Of a stretch of 64,000 nucleotides of DNA, positions 54,000 through 64,000 are shown piece by piece. Numbering within the stretch: position 1 is the stretch's first letter; every line of letters begins with the position of its first letter. Made by a program: the position numbers and the translations under genes. Source of the stretch: Octopus bimaculoides (taxonomy: Eukaryota); assembly GCF_001194135.2 (NCBI RefSeq), contig NC_068985.1:115871558-115935557 (forward strand). The letters run 5' to 3'. Below the pieces are notes generated by a model. That model had not been told where the DNA came from, did no database searches, and worked only from the letters and a program-made list of their open reading frames with translations.

Positions 54000-55450
54000 A
54001 GTTGAAACAGTTGAATATACCATCCTCATATTCAAGGAAATCAGCGGAAATTATAAGCACGGACGTAGAAATGCTGAAAAGAATATTAGCAACCTCCACC
54101 ACGAGCTCATCTCTAACTTCGGATTAATGAACAGAACTGGATCATACACATCAGACCCCTGTCTACACACTGAAGATTCATTAGCCCAAATCCTCCATTA
54201 AACCCATTATTAGATCACTCTGTCCCACAAAATAAGACTTAAGCCGAATTGCCAAATGCATAATCGACTGAATTATACCTCTAGTTAGGAATAATTCAAA
54301 CTTCTACTTTGTAATTGGGCTATTAAGTCATCATTTGATTCCTCTGCCTTTCTAATAAGTCACGCACCCACTTCCTTCAGTTCGATATTTCCAACTAAAG
54401 TACCTTCATATAATCAATTCCTTTATATAAGGCGCTACTCTTTACAAGCAAATACGTTCCTATTTCCCGCTCCAAAATCGACAACATCCTGGTGGCTAGA
54501 AAAACAGTTCTATATTTCAATAGTAATTACTGATTTCTCAACTCGTCTATAGATTCATTTGGTTTTACCATGGGTTCACCCGATTCCGCCCAGCTTTCTG
54601 ACCTAGTCGGACTCTTCATTCTTTCCCGAAATAACCGACGCTTCACCAAACTTTCCAGAGGTTTCTATAGAGATTATGGATTCCTTACAACCACTGGTTT
54701 ATATCAACAGTCCATTGAACGCACCTAGAAGGTCCTCAGTATTTTCTTCAAAAATTCATACCTTACAATATACTTTGAAAACAATTCTAAATTAGTGAAA
54801 TTCTTTGATTTCACTTCCGACATAGACGCAGGCCTGTATTATTTTTTTCAGTATACCTAATCAACCACAATAATATATGAACAATATATAACGTTATATA
54901 TACGTTATATATAACACTATATGAACGTTCTATCCATTCACCGTGTACTTGCTCTTAATAGTATCGTCTCTGGTGTCTCTATTAGCAAATGAGGACATCT
55001 TTAATACTCACGCCTCTCCCTATGAGCAAACTCTGCAGAATAGTGATTTCCGTGAGAAGATTTCCTGTATCCCCAACATTAAACTAAAAGCTAAACTCGC
55101 ACTTCTCTTTCCCACTTTGGATCCCAGCCCCGTCAGGCCTACATTTATCCATCCACACTCTATCAACCTACAAATTAACCCCCAACGCACTGCACTCGCC
55201 TCTCCCTCAGGCCACCTCGAACATTTACTATACTCCCTAATTAGAACTACACACAACATCTCCTCGCTCTAAGCCTCCAAGTGTAGAAAGCGCGACAAAT
55301 TATGGTCCGCGTCAACTTTCTCCCTTCAAGTTAAATCTTGTAGTTGCCGCCCAGCGACTACACTGATGACAGCTCCGGTCCTTCTTTGAGATAACCGGTC
55401 ATACGAAACAAACCTCTAAAGGTATGAATTCTAACCCCTCAGCTGGTCTA
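54000..55450 (+). mobile_element. Penelope-like element (PLE), degraded RT fragment with 3' HHR motif
   Basis: Frameshifted translation gives NKSRTHFLQFDI, LYKALLFTSKY, VTMGSPDSAQLSDLVGLFILS (cf. TMGSxDGAExCELVGLYIL), GFYRDYG (cf. GLYRDDGL), VKFFDFT and NEDIFNTHASPYEQTLQNSDF. These are diagnostic PLE RT motifs. Confidence 0.8.
55354..55432 (+). ncRNA. Degenerate type I hammerhead motif at 3' end of Penelope-like element
   Basis: GACTACA-CTGATGA(55363-69)-..CCGGT..ACCGG..-GAAAC(55405-09)[AAAC duplication]CT-CTAA-AG-GTA^TGAATTC. Stem I pairs at 5/7 positions. Stem III is perfect if the 4-nt AAAC duplication is removed. Confidence 0.55.
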
Positions 55451-55837
55451 AAAACATGCAAATGCTGGGTCTCCCAACTCTGTCTGCTTTAAGGTGTCTG
55501 TCTACGCAATAACATAGTCAGTAAATTCTGGGTAATAACACCAGGGAAGCGTTTACATTGGCGGTGGTATTTGAGACTATGAAAGGAATGCCGCTAAGCA
55601 TTTCGTTTGAAGTGCTAAACATACTTCCAGCTCACCGCCGTTGCACCTATTATAATAACTGTTTCATAACTTGGTACAAAATCAGCTATTTTTCAAAGAA
55701 ACGGCAACTGGTTTACATTAATCCCAGAAATTGCTGGTAAATTGTTTATCAAACCGGAAATGATGAAAAGCAAAGTCGTCCTCGGATGTATTTGAGCTAA
55801 AGAACCTAATATAATAGTGACTATTATTATTATGATT

Positions 55838-56391
55838 ATTGAATTAGAGAGCAGGGCATGCCGTCAAATTGACACTGGGGTAAAATATACGAAGCCCAGT
55901 ATACCCATCATGACTACCCATCTGATAAGGGTACACTAGGCACATACATCGCAACCATATGTGCGCAACATAGTGGTCTCTTATCAAGATAAACAGTACA
56001 TGACCTTGCTGGTGGGGCCCAGTTAGTATTTTCTTCAGGTCGAGTAACCCATCAAGAGGTCCCTGAATAAGGTTTGTTTAAGGATGTTGAGCAAAATACC
56101 CATGTTTCCAAAAGTGAATTATTCAAACCCCAAAGAATTCCTCTCGAAACATGGCTATGATGCTCCCACACTACGTTTGCACGTGGTCAGAGATGCACAT
56201 ATCGTCAGCCACCAAGGGACATGCTCAACTGGTTACGGTCAAACAACAGACAAGCAAATCTGTGGTATTAAGCAGAATATTTGCTGTAGCCCATCTTTTA
56301 TACCAAGACAAAACAATGTACATGATAACACTTCCAATCAGTTAAGATGAGAAGCCATGTTAGCCACTGCCTGGTATTACATCAAGACATT
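55838..56391. mobile_element. ~550-bp interspersed element embedded in a (TTA)n/(TAA)n microsatellite
   Basis: Complex, GC-elevated block with TTA repeats on both sides and no ORF homology. Resembles a recurrent octopus repeat (from recall, unverified). Confidence 0.55.
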
Positions 56392-57619
56392 TATTATTAT
56401 TATTATGATTATTATTACATTTTATTGGAGTATTAAATAGTCCAGTAATATAGGGTGCATAATTCCTACTTTAAGTTTCCAACCTTTCATAAATGCCCTT
56501 CAGCATTAGTACTATCAAATCGGTTAACCCATTCATAGTTCTTCTAACGTCTAACAGCATAATTCCGCGGCGAAATAAAGAAATGGAGTAGAAAAATTGC
56601 CCGAAGTGTTAGAAAGAAAAACAGAAAAAGAAAAGAACTCAACATCAGATGGGAGATAATGAGAGAGGAAAATAGAAAAAAAGCAGCGAAGAGTTAAAGA
56701 GTCAGCTAGCGAGAAGATGATAGAGGGAAGGAGAGACAGAGAGGGGGAGAGAGTAGTAGAGCGAGAGAAGGTTGGTGACTTGCGTTTACAGGTATAATTG
56801 TTGTTTGTATTGATGAAGTTCTTGTTCATTTTGTTGTTAGCTTCTGTGTGAATTGGAAATTTGTTTATATCAATAGAAAAATATCAACATCGATAAAATT
56901 GATTAGAGGATGACTGCGACAAACCTACTAATTAGAAGTCATTTTCTAATTTTAATGAACTTGGTTTTGGAAACATTGTCCACTGGATTAATTGTGGTTT
57001 TCAGAATAACTTGCTGATTGGTTAGTAAAATACTAATTAAGTCCCTTTTGGTTTCTGCTAGTAATATTCGTTTGTTTTTGTGCGGATGTATATACGTTTG
57101 TATGAATGTTTAAATGAAAGGACGTATTCATATGTCTTTAAATATAAGTGGGCGTATGTGTATATTTGTGTTTGCCTGATAGGTGCTTTATGGCTCTATG
57201 TGTAGTTCTCTGAGTGCACTTGTATGTGGATGTACAAACGCAACCATCTTCAATTATGTGTGTGGACATGCACGTGCTTTTTCTGTATGAATTCTGCATT
57301 GGTTTGTGCGTACGTACATGAGCAAATGTGAAGCTGTGAGTGCGGACAATCGTTATGGTGTTGTTACTATACATGCAGTCATTCAGTGATAACACATACT
57401 GGACTAATGCCATACTGGGGTACCATACTAACAGGTTTTAATCGATCGCGTCAGCCCTAGTATATATTTCAGTTAGATACATTGTTGCTTGCTCTCTATC
57501 CAGTCGAATTGCTTCTTCTAGATCATAAAAGGACGCAACAGATACAAGGGAATTTCTTCGTGTAGACTGAAGCTGACAAGAATACAGATTCTATAACACG
57601 CATACCATATATTGTTTCC

Positions 57620-58018
57620 TTTTATTCTTTTACTTGTTTCAGACATTTCACTGCAGAGCTTTTTAGAGAACTTTTTAGGCTAAGAAATCGACCCCAGCAC
57701 ATACTCTTTGTAAGCATATTTTATCGGGCTCTTTTGTCGAGCTGCTAAGTTACAGGGACGTAAACACACCAACATCAATTGTCGACCAATATAGAGTAAC
57801 AAACACAGTCAGAAACACAATCACACATACAGACACACACGTATATATTTATATATACGACGGACTACTTTCTGTTTCCATCTAACAAATCCGTTTACAA
57901 GGCTTTGGTCGGCCCGAGGCAATAGTAGAAAATACTATAGCAAAGTACCAAAGAGTAGGACTGAAACCAGAACCATGTGGTTGAGAAGTAAGTTTCTTAT
58001 CACACAGCCACACCCGCG
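57620..58018 (-). mobile_element. SINE family B, near full length
   Basis: TTTTACTTGTTTCAG tail..GCTAAGTTACAGGGACGTAAACACACC..GGCTTTGGTCGGCCCGAGGC..AGAACCATGTGGTTGAGAAG..CACAGCCACACCCGCGCC. Confidence 0.85.
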
Positions 58019-58021
58019 CCT

Positions 58022-58023
58022 AC

Positions 58024-58100
<77 letters not shown>

Positions 58101-58146
58101 TGTGTGTGTGTGTGTGTGTGCGTGTGTGTGTGTGTGTGTGTTTGTG
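58022..58146. repeat. (TA)n(TG)n microsatellite
   Basis: Directly visible. Confidence 0.97.
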
Positions 58147-58583
58147 TAATTATTATTATGATTCGGGGTACCGAGGAAGCAGCACCATGCTAGATATACC
58201 CATTGAAACAGACTGTAGAACCTCATCACATTTTCATATAGCACCGGTGAATGGAGAAATGAACAAAGAAATGTGCTATATGAAAACATGATGTGGTTCT
58301 AGAGCCAGTGTTGACATCTATATCTAGTATGGTATTCTATTTCTTCGGTACCTGTAATTATATTTATATGTATATTATTATGTATCTATAATAATTACTA
58401 CTTATACGGCTTTTCTATGCTGGCCACTTGATATGATCGTTATTCTAAATAATCGTCTTATTTATCATTTTTATCTCTCTCTAACATTTTCTCTCTCACT
58501 CCCTCTCTGTCTGTCTGTCTGTCTGTCTCTCTATACCTATCTATCTATCTAGCTATCTATCTATTTTTATATCTGTCTACCTG

Positions 58584-58622
<39 letters not shown>

Positions 58623-58655
58623 GTCTGTCTATGTATCTATCTCTAAATATATATA

Positions 58656-59686
58656 CTAGTGGGTGTACCTGGTAATTCCCGGGGTAAAGATGTTCTATTG
58701 ATACGCCTTATTACTCTGATATAAGAAAGCAATTTCGTTATAACTGCAACAAAAAGTGTATTTTCTGTAACGAAAAAGTACATAAAACTATCAGCTGGAG
58801 AAGGGAGAGATTGTTGGAGGTTGGGGAGAGAGGTTATATAACTATAAGAGTTGAAGTGTTAAGTGAAATTTGGCAATCGAGGATCGAATGCACGCTATGC
58901 CTGTATGAAGCCACTACAAATACGTTGTGGAATAAACATATTTATCTACTGTCATGGAAAAAGTGTAACTGTAAAAATGCAGAATTAACGGAGTAATGGG
59001 CATTCAAAAAAGTACGTATGTATAGAAATGTATGAATGAAGTCTTTAAGGTTTAAGATTAAAATCAAGGAAGTGCAATAATAATGTTTAGCAGTTCAAAA
59101 CTGTGAGTAGTGAAATGCAGAATTAGATCGGCTGATCGTGAGAATCAAATATTGATAGCTTCGCTTAAACCTGCAGGTGGTATCGGTTATTTCCCTTGGA
59201 TTGTTTAAATAAAATATTAGTAATATGTAGTAGACAGAAGGATCCATTGGAGGGCCCCTATTATCGATTTTTTCAACGATCTAAGTATGTCACGAAGTTT
59301 CCAGTCATGAGTTCTACTCACGTGTCAAATAAAGTGATATTGTCTGCAAAATTAGAAATTAGACACACAAAAAATTCAATATTCAAAGTAATGGAACATA
59401 AACAATGAAATGGGTTATTTCCTTTGAGTATTTAAAAGAATATTTCGCAGGTGCTATGGGTTATTTCCCTTCAGTGTTTAAAAACATTAGTTATATGAGG
59501 TAGATATAAAGGTCACTTCCACGGGCCATATTATCGATTTTTTTAACAATCTAAGCATGTCACGAGGTTTCCAGAATGAGTTCTACTCACGTGTCAAGTT
59601 TCATCAAAATCAATATAACGATGTAGGAGAGGTTAATTAACAATGCCACAAACAAACACATACCAATTTTCCACATATGTAGTAGA
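58656..59686 (-). mobile_element. Non-autonomous Helitron-like element (about 1 kb)
   Basis: On the minus strand: 5' TC..., TGTGTTTGTTTG and GATTTTGATGAAACTTG subterminal motifs, internal ~90-bp direct repeats (59245-59330 / 59514-59600), an imperfect CCCGGG hairpin 8 nt before a terminal CTAG|T, and no TSD. Confidence 0.6.
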
Positions 59687-60576
59687 CTTATATATACATA
59701 TATACACGTATATATATATATGTATATGTATATACATACCTTGTATGCTTATGTGGAAATAACTATATTGCTATCTATATTTATGTGTGTGTGTGTGTGC
59801 GTGCGTGTGCGTGCGTGTGTGCGTGAGAGAGAGAGAAAGAGGGTGTAAGTTTATGTTGTGCCTGTCTCGTGAAGTACAATAATGGTAAACAAACTTAAAT
59901 GAAATAAATACCAACCATTGAATGCAGTACGCAGCATGAAGTTTCTCTGGGGAAAAAGAACGGGCATATATATGTACATGTATACACACATAATCACACG
60001 CGCGTATATATGTGTGCACAAAGAGAAATAGAGAATATAAGTAGCTAGATTGAAATGTAGATAGAGAGATACATATATATTTATAAATACATAAATACAT
60101 ACGTAGACTGTAATTTCTCATTATGCATTATCATTGTCATCATCAACATAAGCAGCAGCAGCAGCAGCAGCAGTGGCAGGAGCATAATTATCATGATCAG
60201 TATCGCCATCATAATTCATTATAAATATTAAAATACTGGCGGATGGGGTAAATGAATATAATAACAATATGAAATTTTTTAATGGAAGCGTTGCTTACAC
60301 ACAACGTACATTTTGATAAAGATACAAACGAAAGGAAAATTTTCTTTTAAGTCTTTAACAATGAAACACTCAACAGATTCTTTTATACAGAATATATTTC
60401 AATTGCCACCATAGGTTGTATTGCAAAATTGGACGTAAATATTCACAGCCAGAAACTGGTTCAATCCTCCATAACGAAATTCCAGCATAAAGTTCTCCTG
60501 AATCCCTCAATGAAATCATGCGCCCAAATGAGAATCGATGCTTCCGATACACACCAAACCACACACTTGGTTACAC

Positions 60577-60808
60577 AAGGCGGCGAGCTGGCAGAAACGT
60601 TAGCACGCCGGGTGAAATGCTTAGTGCTATTTCGTCTGCCACTACGTTCTGAGTTCAAATTACGCCGAGGTCGACTTTGTCTTTCATCCTTTCGGCGTCT
60701 ATTAAATAAGTACCAGTTACGCACTGGGGTCGATATAATCGACTTCATCCGTTCGTCTTCCTTGTTTATCCCCTCTGTGTGTAGCCCCTTGAGAGTAGTA
60801 AAGGAATA
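60577..60808 (+). mobile_element. SINE family A, full length
   Basis: AAGGCGGCGAGCTGGCAGAAACGTTAG...GTTCAAATT...TAAAGGAATA. Confidence 0.9.
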
Positions 60809-61697
60809 ACACACTTTGTCACACACATATACACATACAGATATACTTTCACACACCACACACACAGACAGCAAGCACAGATTATACATATAAACCACAT
60901 GCACATACATACACACCATAGACGTAGCGTACGCACCCACACATTCATCAGATATATATGCACCATGCACAGATATACCAGAACTGTATCCCCAGAAAGA
61001 TTAATCTACCGACCCTAATAAGTCTCTCAAAAAAACCCACTTTACCTTCTCTCCCACGCATGTCTTTTCTATAGCTATAATGGCCTCTGCTCTTCCGAGT
61101 AATCTAGTTGCTTTTCACTACCTCATGTGAAACTCTCCTCTTTTATTCTATTACCACACAAGTATACAAAACTGAAATTCTATTCCAACATTGCACACGA
61201 TTATTTCGTCCCAGAATACCAACAGTCTTAATTCTTTCCAGCAGTCTTCGAAAGCAATAGTATAATACAAATATTAATTGCTTTATTCAATTGACAAAAA
61301 ATAAAAATATCATTCACATAAATAAATTGCCGTATTTCTGAAATTGTTCAGAATATGGAAGAATTCAACAATGTTACTCCGATGGACAACTCTCGTTTGG
61401 AGTCGCCTGCCATACTATTTTCAATTAAGGTGCCACTAGCATAAAATCAACTGCGAAACTCGAAGCTATCCGATGCCAAGAGGATTGCTTCAGAACAACA
61501 GATGGACGACTGGGCGATACTGAAATAGATGTGGTTCTACCCATAAGAATAATGAGAAAAAAAGTATTTTGGAAAAAATCCTTTTATTTCTTCATTAAAC
61601 TCATTCCAATAGAATGGTAAAAGGAAAGAATAATCAAATAAATGGTGAATAGGAAGGTGGATACTCCTTCTCACCCTCTTACCCTGTACCCATATGC

Positions 61698-61764
<67 letters not shown>

Positions 61765-61792
61765 CCATTCTATCTATCATCTATCTATTTTT

Positions 61793-61837
<45 letters not shown>

Positions 61838-61905
61838 ATATCTATCTATCTATATATTTATCTATATATCAGCCTATTTACCTACTTATATTTCTATCTA
61901 TCCAT
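61698..61905. repeat. (TCTA)n tetranucleotide microsatellite
   Basis: Directly visible; a similar tract lies at 58500-58645. Confidence 0.95.
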
Positions 61906-62213
61906 CTCCATTGTCTTTGAACCTCAGCCACAAAAAACATCTGCTTTATATAAATGAACAAGCTGTTTGTAAATTCACCAAATTGGATTTGAGAAGTTCT
62001 AAAGAGGAACGAAAGCGCTAATAATAATGAAGAAATTAAAAGGATTTTTTTCCAAAATTCTGACGACTTCTTTTCTCAATATATGTATATATACACACAA
62101 ATATACACACACACATATATATATACATACATTTATATATATGAATATATATATATACACACATACATATATACATATATATATACACATATATATGTAT
62201 GCATGTATATATG

Positions 62214-62264
<51 letters not shown>

Positions 62265-62544
62265 ACTCCCAAACAGGGCAGGTAGCAGGTGAAATATTAG
62301 AAAATAGCGATAAAATAATTGTTGACAGAAGTGAATTCATACTTTATAATTGAAGATTTACTTTAAATGGCGTCAGCAATATTAATCCAATACTTTCCCC
62401 AAACTTCAATCTCACGTCTGAGTCGGAAAGTATGAAATAAAACAAATATACCAATTCACAAACTTAACGCCGATGCGATATACCAATGTCTTTGAATGAT
62501 CTACAAATAGCCGGAGACATGACGGTGACGGCGAGAATTTGGTT

Positions 62545-62660
62545 TTATAACCACGTGGTGTCTGGTACACTCTCACTGAGTAGCACCTTGGATTAGTGAC
62601 TTCTTCTATATCACCGGGTGGGCCAACACCTTATGAGTCTCTTTTGTAGGCGGAGTCTGC
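62545..62660 (+). mobile_element. SINE family B fragment
   Basis: AACCACGTGGTG..CACTGAGTAGCACCTTGG..CTTCTATATCACCGGG..CCTTATGAGT. Confidence 0.5.
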
Positions 62661-62827
62661 ATATATATATATATATATATAAAATATATAGTTTTAGGGA
62701 AAATAACCAATTTTCAAGAACTCATCGATGAAAATCCACTATCACATATAGAAAAATTAATAATTAAAAGCACAATACATGAGTATAATATAAAGTAAAG
62801 TAAATATCATAAGATAAATATAATAAA

Positions 62828-62945
62828 AAGATTACACGTGTTTCATAACCAATTTTCAAATAGAAAAGAAATTTAAATCGATTAAAATCAATTGAAATTA
62901 TCGAAAATAAGTTCTATTCAAAAATATAGCTACTCGTCAGATCGT
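62828..62945 (-). ncRNA. Type I hammerhead ribozyme motif (minimal palindromic stem III, long stem II)
   Basis: Minus strand reads GAT-CTGACGA-GTAGCT..ATTTTTGAATAGAA...TTCTATTTGAAAAT..GGTTAT-GAAA-C-ACGT-G-TA^ATC. All core nucleotides (CUGANGA, GAAA, GUA) are present. Stem I is GAU/AUC, stem II is about 21 bp with G-U pairs, and stem III closes on the palindrome CACGTG. Predicted cleavage between 62833 and 62832. Confidence 0.7.
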
Positions 62946-64000
62946 AAGTAGAACANNNNNNNNNNNNNNNNNNNNNNNNNNNNNNNNNNNNNNNNNNNNN
63001 NNNNNNNNNNNNNNNNNNNNNNNNNNNNNNNNNNNNNNNNNNNNNNNNNNNNNNNNNNNNNNNNNNNNNNNNNNNNNNNNNNNNNNNNNNNNNNNNNNNN
63101 NNNNNNNNNNNNNNNNNNNNNNNNNNNNNNNNNNNNNNNNNNNNNNNNNNNNNNNNNNNNNNNNNNNNNNNNNNNNNNNNNNNNNNNNNNNNNNNNNNNN
63201 NNNNNNNNNNNNNNNNNNNNNNNNNNNNNNNNNNNNNNNNNNNNNNNNNNNNNNNNNNNNNNNNNNNNNNNNNNNNNNNNNNNNNNNNNNNNNNNNNNNN
63301 NNNNNNNNNNNNNNNNNNNNNNNNNNNNNNNNNNNNNNNNNNNNNNNNNNNNNNNNNNNNNNNNNNNNNNNNNNNNNNNNNNNNNNNNNNNNNNNNNNNN
63401 NNNNNNNNNNNNNNNNNNNNNNNNNNNNNNNNNNNNNNNNNNNNNNNNNNNNNNNNNNNNNNNNNNNNNNNNNNNNNNNNNNNNNNNNNNNNNNNNNNNN
63501 NNNNNNNNNNNNTTATAAACTATAAAGATTAATAATTAATCAAATAATATTAATCAAAAATAATCGAAAATATATCAACACTATTCCAATCGAAGTTCTA
63601 ATATTATGTTGAAATGAAACTATAACTTCTAAATAATTTAGTGTTAAATAAGTTATCTATTAAAATAATCTATAAAGAACCAAATGAATAGTATAAAAAC
63701 AAGAATACATATATAATTTGAATTACGGAAAAATTTGGATAAGTACTGTTTTCACTTTGCTAAATATTTTCTACTATTTGAAAATAATACACATAGTGAG
63801 AGCGAGAGATATTGTGTATACGTAGAAACATAAAGAAATGCTCACAGACATAAGCAGAAACAAAATGAGAGAGAGAGAGAGACAGAGAGAGAAAAAGAAA
63901 CGAAGACAGAAAGAAGTAGAGAGAGAAAGAGAAAGAAAGACAGAGAGAGAAGACGAAGGGAGAGAACGAAAGAAATATTAAAATATCTGATGTCAAATAA

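Noticed and set aside
1-64000. CRISPR arrays, rRNA, prokaryotic operons
   Set aside because: None seen; the sequence is eukaryotic intronic/intergenic DNA.

Overview
AT-rich, microsatellite-saturated eukaryotic DNA with about 17 N-gaps, most flanked by (TA)n/(CA)n. The SINE families and repeat landscape resemble an Octopus (cephalopod) short-read assembly; this is inferred, not database-checked. Most long ORFs in the track are microsatellite or N artefacts. The recognisable content is degraded mobile DNA: three tRNA-derived SINE families (>20 copies), RTE-type and CR1-type LINE fragments, a Penelope-like RT fragment, two Tc1/mariner relics, Helitron-like non-autonomous elements and a (TAA)n-embedded element. 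A host gene with small exons probably runs on the minus strand. Its best support is a phase-compatible exon pair at 40867-40936 and 38342-38384, and I could not identify the protein. The most interesting signal is a set of type I hammerhead-ribozyme (HHR) motifs. One has an intact core and a very long stem II (62828-62945, minus). One sits at the 3' end of the Penelope-like element (about 55354-55432). Further degenerate copies lie at 43866-43916 and 58165-58223.
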